Shown here piece by piece: positions 52,390 to 64,000 of a DNA stretch of 64,000 nt. The position numbers and the translations under genes were made by a program. How positions within the stretch are numbered: position 1 is the first letter of the stretch; each line of letters begins with the position of its first letter. The notes under the pieces were generated by a model. The model was not told the DNA's origin. It saw nothing but the letters and a program-made list of their open reading frames with translations, and made no database searches. The DNA comes from Octopus sinensis. Lineage: Eukaryota. The DNA is taken from contig NC_043001.1 of NCBI RefSeq assembly GCF_006345805.1, positions 58,280,001-58,344,000 on the forward strand, in the 5' to 3' direction.

Positions 52390-54359
52390 GAGTAGAGATG
52401 GTCTGTTGTTTCATCAAATTCCTCTGCATTTAGAGTCAGATCCCTTTTGAAAAACGTTAGGCTAGTAGATTTTTGTAAGCAAGCTCTGATCTTGTGCTGC
52501 TCATGTGAAACCTTCAGTCTCTACTTTCGGCCTTGCGTTTCTCAGCCTCTGATTGGTTGTTGCTTGGTGTACATCAGCATTTTAGCTTTGAAGTATGCAC
52601 TGTCCGTAAAGAGCCTTGTGGCTCCACCGCTCCTCAATTTGTTTCTGCTTGTTTATTTATTTATTTATTTATTTATTTATTTTGCTGTCTATTTGATCAG
52701 AGTTTCTTTTTGATGGCAGTGGTTTCAGGTTTAATGCCAAGTTCCTTTGCGAATTTGCAAGCTTCCTTTACAAGTGAATGTGATTTTTTTCTGCTTTCGT
52801 GTTTGCCACAAGCTGCAACCTCCAATCCTCTGTAATATATAAGTACTTGTTCATTGCTATTGTGCAGGTCTTATAGCACAGCTCTACCTGCATCATTCCT
52901 CTTCCACCATCACTTCCGGGTAGGTACAGACGATCAACGTCTGCTTTTAAGTGGTGCATATAATTTAATGTTAGTAGTTTTCTTGTCTTCCTGTCCAAGC
53001 TTTGGAGCTCTGTAAGATTCTCATTAATGATGTTAAATATGTATTGGAATACTGGAAATACTAGGGTGTTAAGGGCTTCGATACTATTTTTTGGTGTTTA
53101 GTTCAGTATTTACTATGAGTCGCATTTTACTGTAATACTCCTTTCTTATTTATCCCTTCATAGTAACATGTTGCATACCTTCTCCGTTTTATCCTCAAAT
53201 ATTTATAGCTTTCTTGTGGATAAAGGTCCTTGATGGTTGTGTCGGTCTCTTATTTAATGGAAGCTGTTCGTTTGAGCTTACCTTTTACAAAAGTAGCTTT
53301 AGCACATTTATCAAAGCCAAAGTCCATCCTGATGTCATTGCTGATCTCTTTAACAGTTGTTAATAACCCTACTAGCACTTCGTCATTTCTAGCAAACGTA
53401 TTCAGACCGTCTATCTAAAACAGATTGTTTACTATATTATTATACACTTTGAATCCATAACTGGTGTTACTCAGTTTGTTTGAAAGTGGGATGAGTGTCA
53501 TGCAAAAGTATAATTAAGAGAGTGAGTCACCTTGAAAGTAGTCTTGTTTGATGTTGATGATGTTAGATTGGCTCATCCTATTACTATGGTTTAGAAGGAG
53601 ACGCTTATTCCACTTGGCCATGCTACCTCGTAAGAATTTGGAGACGATAGGAGAGATCTCATATATCTCAATGTCCTTGAGTAGCCAATTAGCAAGCACT
53701 TTCGTGCATTCTATCATGTTCTTCTTTTGCTTCGGCAATTGTCTACAATCATTTTATTTGTGAATAATTGATCTTTTAATCTATAAGAATTCAGTGTACA
53801 ACATTTTTGAGCTTGTGGTTGGATAGATTTCTGTTAAAGGAAAAGTGTAAATCCTTTCAGTTATGGATATGAGGATCTTGTAGGTGGCTTTGAGACATGA
53901 TATTGATCGATAGTTCTTTAGATTTGTTGTTTCTTCATATTTGGTAGACGTTGTGTTGTTCCTTTGGTCAGCCAGGACGTTTTGTGCTTTGGGTTCTGAT
54001 TGACATCAGTTAGGGACACAGCAAAATGTTGGTGTAAAACAATTGTTGGTGTAAAACAATAAAACAAATCAGCCAGAATTTAGGCATCCGGTCCAGTCCT
54101 GGGGTGCTCCGTTTGTGAGTCTTTCTAAGAACAGGTCTTAGCTCTTCTACTCTTATTACCTCTCATTTCTGCTCTTCAACTTCACCCACTCACTTTCTCA
54201 TCTTCTATATAGTGAGCTTCGGCATTATATTATTTTTTGATGATCCATATCTTCTTCAAGATCTCTTTCCATTTCCTTAGTCTTAGATGACTCCTTTACT
54301 TCTATCTTACTTTCGCCAATTTCCCTATGAAATTTCTTTGCATCTGTCTTGAACACCTT

Positions 54360-54360
<1 letters not shown>
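52390..54360 (-). mobile_element. Degenerate R4-clade element D
   Basis: KVFKTDAKKFHREIG, YFQGDSLS, DDIRMDFGFDKCAKATF, DRKTRKLLTLNYMHHLKADVDRLYLP..GGRG, DETTDHL. Confidence 0.85.

Positions 54361-54420
<60 letters not shown>
54360..54420. repeat. (TCA)n microsatellite
   Basis: Direct reading. Confidence 0.95.
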
Positions 54421-54421
<1 letters not shown>

Positions 54422-54424
54422 TTA

Positions 54425-56010
54425 AGGTATTAGCAATGCGGTTGGTGATTTCACCGGTTATCTTGTAGGGGAGGGAAAGACATGCACCATCCCAAAAAGA
54501 TCCATCTTCGACAACCTCCACCTCATACGATACATCATTGAGAAGGTGTGCTAAGGAACATCGCATGGGTAGGCCTCTGATCAATTTACAACAGTCTAAA
54601 GCTTTCGATAGGTTCGACCATCTATGCTTGGAGGCGGACTTCATGGCAGTCGGCTTTGGACATGTATTTAGGGGTTAGACTGCTGCAATGTACAACGAAA
54701 TCTGTTCAGTGGTACGATTGATGGGTCACCTCTCAGAACTTATGAAGCACTCGGTTCGGTTATTTGTCCCTTTTGTCAATTTTGTACGTAATACACAAAC
54801 TGGAGACACAGAGAAGCATTCCGCGTGACCTAGGATGTGTGAGATACCGTTCAGCCTATGCCGACGACGTCACCATAGTGGTGTCTGATCATAAGATAAT
54901 AGGAATCATCACACTGCTCCCAGGGACTAGGAGGCGGTGTCAGGAGTGACAATTTACCAGGAAAAATCAGTGTGCTTGCGGAAGAAATTCCATGCCATCA
55001 AACTGCGTCCTTGAGTGCTGGACGGACGGACCATGTAAATAGCACGGGGTCTCGTTTGGTCCGGTCCTCAGGACTGACAATAACTGGGACGAGGTAACGA
55101 GCAGAGTGACTAGTCTCACTCAGAAATGGGCCGAAAGAAGCTATCCCTGAAAGGTCAGGCAGGGGTGGCTAATTCATACATCACATCCATCATTTGCTAC
55201 CGCTTGCCCCGGCCACTGTCTGATTAAGTTGGCGCACTCTTCTCCATAAAAGTTATCCGACGGATAATTTCCAAATGTCTCTGGCCTAGTAATGTTACCG
55301 GGGAACTTTGCCTGTTCGAGAGAAATTTATAGGCATGAAGTTGCCATCAGCCGAAGATGTTCGTGATGCATAAAGGACGAGACAACGAACTTGCATGTCC
55401 TTCTCCAGTGTCCGAGCATTGCTGACTTGTGGGTTTATGTCGAACACCTGCTACCCCGTGCATGACGGATCCGGCTGTCAACTGAATCCATCCTGAATGT
55501 CGCTCCACCACCTTCCTTTAACGTAGAAGGAAAGTCTGTCTCTATATGCCTGGTGACTATCACGAAATAGGTTGTATGGTAGAAGAGAGTAAAGGCGCTG
55601 AAGACAAGCACGTTTCTTTTTGGCGAATTCCTAAGCAACTTCTTCACGTTTCAGGTGAAGAGGAAAGTAGGGATAGAGAGGGAATGAAGTGTTTTCCTCT
55701 AGTCAGTTTGCTGGAAGGCGGGAGAAAGTTGAGAGAATAGTGCGTGTGTACAACTACAGGTGTATGCTCAGGTAAGAAAGAAAATAGTCACTTGTCCTAA
55801 AAGTCAGTTTACCATGATTTTTATGGTGTTTTTCCATGCGCAGTCCTCGAACATTTTCTCCTTATTGAGGAATACATATGGTTGAATTTGTTTTCTTTTT
55901 TTTTGTTTACAACAACACACACTCACACGCATACATATTCTTTTTTTTTGTCGTGTACTGTCCATAGTGTTTTTTTTTAATTAAAACCCTTTGTGGTTAA
56001 TAAAAAAGAA
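54425..56010 (+). mobile_element. Degenerate Tx1/L1-like LINE (RT to 3' end), 5' truncated
   Basis: SIFDNLHLIRYIIEKV...LINLQQSKAFDRFDH (L1/Tx1 RT), SAYADDVT; 3' end GTGGTTAATAAAAAAAG. Confidence 0.75.
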
Positions 56011-56407
56011 TTATTATCATATATCTGTTTAACATTTGGTAGACAGGCAAATTTCTACTGCATCAACTGCTACACCTCCGTGTTACTGAGGTGTGTGCTG
56101 CATCGTGTGTTCTTTTCTACTGTTTAAGAGTGTGCAATGAATATTATAGTTAATACTAATAAGTAGTATATAGGTTGATGTTATTACGTTGTCTCAAATA
56201 GAGTATTCGGTAAATTAGGTAATTTTACCAATATACACAAATCGAGGTAGGGCTACGTTAAAATATTCAGCAATTTGATTGAATATTTCTTTAATATACG
56301 AAAGCCTTGTTATCCTTTTGGAAATACTATTCCTTATTGATATAATTAGAGTTCAGGGATATTCGAATGTCGGTTCACATAACTTAGATATTTTATATAT
56401 ATATATA

Positions 56408-57120
56408 TATACATAAATATGAGAGAGTAACCACTATGTGGTCGACTCTAGTGCTAAAAATAGATCCGCTATGGTATAGCCACTAAAAATTGTTTCCAAG
56501 GAGAAATAACACAACATTTAACGTAGGGTAAGTGAAAAATAACGAAAAAATAGATTAACTCTGGACAATTGTTTCATTATTAATGTAATATGCAATTTTA
56601 CTTACATAACATCTATAATTCATTAGCAGAAGTTTGTCTAAAATACAATTTATTAAATCGCACGTTAAATTTTGACGCAGCGTCAAACACACGTGCGGTT
56701 CAATCGATTGTATTAGCAGCTATGATTCAAATTCCCCCGCCAAAAGTGTGATAAGACTTCTGGAAACGAATATTGCATAAAGTATTTACTGCAGTAAAAT
56801 TAAATTTATAAATCAGGGTGAAACATTTGATATTAATTTAATAATACCATCAATTTAACACCATGTGGCTTAGTACATAAAATCTTTTTTCTCTATTTTT
56901 CACTTACCCTACGTGAAATGTTGTGTTATTTCTCCTTAGAAACAATTTTTAGTGGCTATACCATAGCGGATCTATTTTTAGCACTAGAGTCTACCACATA
57001 GTGGTTACTCTCTCATATTTATGTATAAATTTGTATTGTATCCCTGGTTTTTATGTGCTAAGTCACTTGGTGTTAAATTGATGGTATTATTAAATTAATA
57101 TCAAATTTTTCACCCTCATT

Positions 57121-57125
<5 letters not shown>
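56408..57125. mobile_element. MITE-like element with two interleaved inverted-repeat pairs
   Basis: About 56408-56550 is the reverse complement of about 56893-57028; about 56806-56882 is the reverse complement of about 57047-57125; (TA)n on both flanks. Confidence 0.75.
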
Positions 57126-57167
<42 letters not shown>

Positions 57168-57260
57168 GAGGTACGGTCTACACATGCTAGTGGGAAAACC
57201 TGAGCGACATCACGCCCTTCAAAATTCGACATGAATTATAGATTGTTAAAACGTTTTCTC

Positions 57261-57332
<72 letters not shown>

Positions 57333-57369
57333 CATATATATATGTGTGTGTGTGTGCGTGTTAATTGAA

Positions 57370-58500
57370 TATATTCAAGGGTTCGCTTTGTTTTCTTCCT
57401 ATACCAAAAAGGATTTTCGGGAGCCTTATAAAAGTTCATGGGGTACTTTTCTTATTCCAAATATTTATGTGTGTATGTATGTACCTATATATGTGTGTGT
57501 GATGAATTTTAAACAAATCATATGTGGCGTTGTGGAGCTTTTTTAGAGAAAGATGGAAACATTTTTAATGTGTTGTTTTATTGAATAGTTGAATTGGTGA
57601 TGGGTTGAACGTGGTCAAATATCTTATTAATTGCAGAAAATTGTGTGTTCTAGTCATTAACTGATCAGCGATTCCGTCGCAGCTGAATGGGTGTGTTGTG
57701 TATTGAGTGTTTGAAAGATCGGGGGAAAACTTACATATTTATAGTGATTTTTTAAAAAATTAAATATATTGCGATATCCTTTCTCTACATTTTATCAAAC
57801 TTGTAGCTTTATAGGAGGGAAAGGTCTTCAATCTGTTGCTTGCACACGTTTCTAGATATTTGCTCAGTGGGAGCTTATGTGATTCCATTTCTTTAATGCT
57901 TTCTATAAATTTTTGCAAGTTGAGAAAGGCAGTTCCAAGTCTCGCCGATATGATTTACCTTGCAATTAGGGTAAGTTAAGCAATATTTTAGATTCTATGT
58001 TTTATTGGCATCCATTCTGAAGGAGTATCCTTTTGAAATTTTATACTAGATCTATAATCCAAATATTTGAAAACTTTATTGTTACCGTATATTCCACATC
58101 TATCATCTTCAGAATCTTTCGCAGACAATTCAGAGTTATCACGTGATATGAATTCTACCCTTAGGAGGTGGTTTTGAGATTTCTTTGTTAACGTTTGCTG
58201 TTCCTTGTGTAACTGTCTTCTATTACATATATCATTTAGAGGCTTTCAAGCAGTATGGTTAGATTAGTTTTTATAGCATTGAATATACTGGTTGTGTGTG
58301 TTTATAAACGGATTTATTTTTCTCTTCTTTACTTCTTATGTGTTACCAGTTATATGATGACCAGCTTCATTGTACTTATAATCACTTTATTTCTTTTAAG
58401 GAGTAGTTTTAACGTTGTAGATAGCATTTAAGCCCCTTTTTATAGTAGTTTTTGTGTGTTAGCTGTTCTAATATTTTGTTTATAATAGTCTCTGTCTATA
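57370..58500 (-). mobile_element. Penelope-like element remnant (GIY-YIG endonuclease)
   Basis: Minus strand SKNI...TYPNCKVNHIGET (57938-57990) and PLSKYLETCASNRLKTFPPIKL, frame-broken. Confidence 0.6.
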
Positions 58501-58549
58501 ATAAGCACTCCACACACTTATCTTTTTCTGTTAAGATAAATAAATATTT

Positions 58550-59100
58550 TTTAAAATGGAGGCTTTACTAATACTGGAAATTACTACTCAGTTATCCTGA
58601 AAGAAGATTATAAATGTAGGGCAATAAGCATTATGGGCAGAGAGTATTATGAATATAAAATATTAGAAAATCAGGGTAAACTTTGAATTCTCTGTGAAAG
58701 AACGCAGAGAAAAATAGATGCAGAATATGAAATAACAAATTAAATAATTGGATTCTGGTTCTCATAAAATTTAACAGGTATTCTCCTTAATAAATGGAAT
58801 TATGAACTATAAAAAACAAAATCTAATATAATACATAACCTGTCCCAAATGCATAGAAAATAGTATCGTTGAGACTGTAAACTCTTTGGAATTGCATAAG
58901 ATCCACTGGGCAAACATCTAGAAATAAGCGGTAATAACAAATTCAAGATCTTTCTATTTTACAATTGTTGAAATGTTCATCCAAAATACTGAAAAGACAT
59001 GAAAATATATTATATAAAAAATTTCCCTGAAATTAAATGCATAAAAAGCATATCTATAAAAGCAACTGATTATCTTACTAACAAAAAAGTTCTCCAGATG
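58550..59100 (+). mobile_element. Second Penelope-like GIY-YIG remnant, opposite orientation
   Basis: NLI*YITCPKCIENSIVET (58820-58876) and PLGKHLEISGNNKFKIFLFY. Confidence 0.6.
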
Positions 59101-59277
59101 AACCATCTAAATGGTCATTGGATATAAATTATGATAAAATATTAAGTCTTAAACAATCAACACACAGACACATTCTCAGTCAGATAATCACGCACGCATA
59201 TGTTCACTCTCTTTCTCTCGTTCTCCTTCTTTCTCTCTCTTTTTCTCTCTGTTTCTCCTTGTCTGTCTGTCTGTCTC

Positions 59278-59323
<46 letters not shown>

Positions 59324-59708
59324 TAACACACACACGTACTGATGCACACAAACATTTAAAAGCCTTTCCAAACAATTTGGGGAATGTTATAGCTAAGTAG
59401 CCATTGAACAGGTGAACAAAAATCAACCATTAGGTGACTAAAATCTACAATTTATTGCAATTGATAAAATATTGACCCCTTTTAACCTGCCATCAATTCA
59501 ACCAACCCAGAAGATACTTTCTTATTTATCATTTTGTTTTTGTCGTCTCCACACTCCTATATATGCTTTGTTTTACAATTCGTCACACGCACACACACAC
59601 ACGCACCTATAAATTTCAAATGACAAAGAACATCTCAAACGGCGGACACAAAGCACCCTTTTTCCCAAAACCTATGATAACAAATAGTGTATATATATAC
59701 ACACACAC

Positions 59709-59772
<64 letters not shown>

Positions 59773-62700
59773 CTATAAATCAATGGAATCGACAAACCAC
59801 AGTTACTGCCGAAGGATTTAAGGGGAGGGAAACCTCAATAAATAGTAGTTATCGAAATTGTGACTGCCTCCTCTTAATAACTGTATACGCGTGAATGTGT
59901 AAGTCTGTGCACGTGTGTATGTATTTATGTATGTATGCATGTATGCATGTGTGAATGTACGTATTGTTGGATACAACAGACAGGAATTATGTCAACTCAT
60001 CTAAGTTTAAATATCGAAATTCATAGCACTTTTTTAAAAAATAAAGTCAATAATCAATGTGCTTAATAAATAACTATCATAAAGAATCAAAGATAAGTAA
60101 ATTAAGCTGAAACTTTCAGCTCATGACTTCGTCGTCCAATATCACATCTTTCTGTGCAATTTGTACATATCTGTCAAATGTTGTTTGCAAAAATATATTC
60201 CCATACATAATACTAAATAGGAAAAAAAGTAATTTTCTCAGCAATAATGTGTAAGAACCTTTCATATATCAGCATTCATGTTTTTATTTGCTGTTTACTC
60301 TACATAATATAGTTTCTTTTTAGCTTCAGGTTTTTTCAGTTTTCACTAATAATACGCTATCCTATATATTTCTAATATTTTCATATTTCTTGCTTCCTTT
60401 GATTGATCTTTTTAATAAGTTGAACGCTATGAGATTCGCTATACAACTAATTCTTCATTATTAACAAAGATGACATATTTATTGGTAATTTCTCGGTGCC
60501 CAGCAGTAGATTTTATATGTTGCAGTGATTGTCAGCTTTCCTCTGAATAATTCCGAATGTTCTGCCATTAATATATTCTTTGTTAATAATAATGGTCGAA
60601 GGACTTATATTTTTGTATTACGTCAGATACTGTCGCACTCTATTAAATATCTAAGGTACTTAGCAAACACCTATGGTCATCGCATTTATACATTTGTTAC
60701 AGGTTAGAGTCTTGTTATTTTTTAAATTTTAGTTTTCTTTCTGTTTAAATTCAACTTCGTCCAATTTCTCATTATGTGTGATAAAAGGCAGATGAGTAGT
60801 GAAGATTCTGAGGCTCTTTTTCTTTACAACAATACTTTATGTAGAACTGCATTCTCCAAACAGGCCAGTACTTTTCGAAAACAATATTAAACAATTTAAA
60901 GGAGATTTACCTACTATTTGTACAAATTCTTCAGATATCTCACATTTTTACTGCGCACGGAAAGATAAAAAATTTTACTATAACCACTTCGTTTACCTTT
61001 CTCAACAAAAGTAAAATTCTAAGTTCATAAAACAATTATAACACACATTAAATTTTGGAATATCCCAAAATGTTTTTATAGTTCACTATTAAGCAATTAA
61101 CTACATTTTTTGCGAGAATTACATTGATATACAAAGTGGAGAGATAAGTTTATCTGGGATCGAAATTGTGTATACTATATATAACTGAAACTAATAATTA
61201 CTGCTTGGACAGAAGATGGTCCTTTTGTCTCTGGTGAGAAGATAAAACACTAGTGTAATCAAATTCTTTACTTTTCTAGTAATGGTAGCATTGGGCATTT
61301 GTTACTAGTTATAATTAAGTTATATTTTTGTGAAGAGAATATCCCATAATAGTTATGTTAAGTCAAAGTAAAAAGTTTAGTAAATATCTCAGCTTTAGTT
61401 TGAAATCCATTTCGCATTTCATACTTCATATTACCTGCTGATGAAACACCTTTTGCTGACTCGTAAAAAATCAGCGTTCTAAGCAGAAAATGTCGTAGTA
61501 TTTCATATGCTATGTTTTTTTATAGGCGTTTAATAAGCAGAATCAGTTGAACATCAATGTAAAGGCTTTGTGGTATATATAACAGTCTCTACCATTTTTA
61601 GTTCAAATCCAGCTCACATCAACTTTGTCTTTCTCCCCCAAGTTTCGGCAAATTATATGTAAGACAATGACCGTGGACTTCGAAATACAAATGTAGGCAA
61701 AATAACATGCAATATTTTTCCCAGGTCTTCACACTTTCAAATCACACTCTGGCATTCTAATGACAAACTTAGTGTATCACCCGTATAACGTTGGCATCTC
61801 TTCCATGGGTATCTTTCACAGGTCCCTAGCTTTGGAATAACATTCTCCCGCCCTTACATTGGTATTGGAGGTAATGTAAATGCTATGTACAAAGCCATCT
61901 TATCCAATTAAACGACAAAATGCAATATTTACAAGAATCTTACGTAAATTTAACCATTTTGCTCTGACATCCTCTCCTCGACGATTAATCTTTCATTCTC
62001 GATTAGGACATTCACCGATTTTTGTGAATGCAATGAAATATATACCATTCCCAAAAGATCACGCTTTCAGTCAAATATAATTCCTTTGCACTGACTTCCA
62101 ATATCATAAGGATGGCGGAAATAATCGTTGTCTAGCGACGTTTTCTAATACTAGGAATCACTATCTCTCCCACACTCACACACACTTTCTCTCACTCTCA
62201 GAGGAAGAAATACTAGTACAACTACCGTAAAACCAGACACCCTGGAATTCTGATGTCATATATCATCAGCAATTGCGCTTCCTCACAGAAAATTAGGTGA
62301 ACCAATATTTTCATTCTGTATCTCCCTTCCTGTTTCTCTAGATGTCAGCAAATATTTCGGTCGTCTATAAATGCAAATATCCCAAAGGATCCGCACCCTG
62401 ATGGGCCAAAATATTTCATATTTGTATCATTTGCTTACTTTTGACAGGACTCTTTGTGTCACACATACCATAAAATCTGGTCTCCTAATGGATTCCGTTT
62501 TGTTTCCCATTATTTTCCTTTACACTTCAAAGCCCTTCATGAAGTTGTGTTAAAAAAATCAGGTCTTCCTAAGATGATGCTATCCTTTATCACTCCATAA
62601 CCATCAACAATCATGCCAAGCCTACACTGATCCCATGAATGTGACATAGAAGGCATGCTTCTGTGGAACTACGAGAGTCTTTCATTTTGTACAAAATATA

Positions 62701-64000
62701 AGCACAAAACTTATTGATATCAGAGAAACGTTATATTTTCACACACATCTTAAGTATGAGCAACCTAGTGATTTCATGCTCTCCACTAATTTCGAACCTC
62801 AGTGCCATAAAAATCCTCTCCAGCTGAACCACACACATAACACAGCACTGCACAAACCTAAATATTTATCTGCGCCAAAAACATTCACATACAACCCCAC
62901 CAAAATTTACTGGCAGCCTACGAGTCTCCAGCGAGGCCCATAATAAAATAAATAAGTACTTCCAAGATTGAGCTCATGAAAAGGGCTACTAGACTGGCAA
63001 AAATCGCTCAAAAACAGGTTCCTAGTACACGTTCTGATGTGTGCTGGTATTTCTCTGGCATACCTCCTGTCCCTAGCCATGAAAATCAGAATCACTCGCC
63101 TCTTTATCATTACTGGTCTGTCCAATTCACCGAGTCAGTACTAATAACTGATCCCAATAGTAATCTCTTTTCTCCTTACAACGTCTGCTTTCTGGCATTC
63201 CCTCTCTCTTCATGATAGTTCTGCTTGTGTTCACTCGCAGCAGTTGAAGTGGATCCCTGATCGTTTGAGAAAGCCGAGGATATTTCCATTTCTTCATGAG
63301 TAGCATGAAAAAATATCTCCATGTAAGCAAATCAGGTTGGCATTATAAAAATATACACTTACAATAATATAGACCTGGATATATATATATATATAGACCT
63401 GAACTTCGGAACGTTTTTGAATTTAGGTTTGTTCAACTATGGACGATTGAAACCAGACGGCTCCATTCACTGACTATCGCTCAAACTTTGATATTCATCT
63501 TTACCTTATCTAGTGTGAATATGTTACAGTTTTGTGCCAAATATTAGCAAGTCATTACAGATCTGACTATTTTATTTCTTGCATGTTACATAGAGCCTAA
63601 TGACTACAACTGTCAAAGACAATGAAGCATGAATTGTGAGATTTGCCTAATCTATCTATAATGTTGGAGCACTGGTACTCATTTTTATATTATTTCTTTG
63701 TTGTTCAACCTAAGTTGCCGTTAGATTGAGGCGATGTATAACCAAAGGTGATTCAATAATGATTTCATAAGCTTTTTGAATACCAAGAGCTAAAATAGCA
63801 AATGGGCTCTAAACCCTTTTGCGTCAAAGTCTTTATAAATTTATATAAGTTTTAAATTATAACTATATTTTCTCATGTGACCTTCATTATTTGAGATAGT
63901 AGGGTATAAATCGATCCAGTAATTGTTAATATTTCTTGCTGTTTAAGGAACCATGTAGTGATACTCCCGCAGGATCGATTTTTTTAAGGTGTTAGAAAAA

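Noticed and set aside
62820-63330. Possible transposase N-terminus or host exon on the minus strand (acidic SDSDFHG segment)
   Set aside because: Frames are short and interrupted, with no diagnostic motif or clear splice sites.

Overview
AT-rich eukaryotic (metazoan) non-coding DNA, almost entirely repeat-derived. The SINE and microsatellite content resembles an octopus/cephalopod genome (inference from recalled repeat families, not database-checked). No host exon, rRNA, true tRNA gene or CRISPR array could be supported. The dominant content is about 12 pieces (roughly 18-19 kb by summing approximate intervals) of R4/Dong-clade non-LTR retrotransposons (RT plus CCHC knuckle plus restriction-like endonuclease), including two near-full-length defective copies back to back (16036-20204 minus, about 20720-24680 plus). 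Most are bordered by (TAA)n-type microsatellites in matching orientation. The most notable structure is a composite SINE-like element: tRNA-derived head, (TAA)n, then a tail carrying a minimal type I hammerhead ribozyme. One copy is split by the 4.2 kb R4 insertion in its (TAA)n tract; the other keeps a near-canonical hammerhead at 20641-20686. Also present: a 555 bp non-coding TAA-flanked element (3 copies), two tRNA-SINE families, non-autonomous Helitrons, palindromic MITE-like elements, Penelope GIY-YIG remnants, further hammerhead-like motifs, Tc1 and mariner remnants, a Tx1/L1-like RT remnant and many microsatellites. Repeat boundaries are manual estimates.
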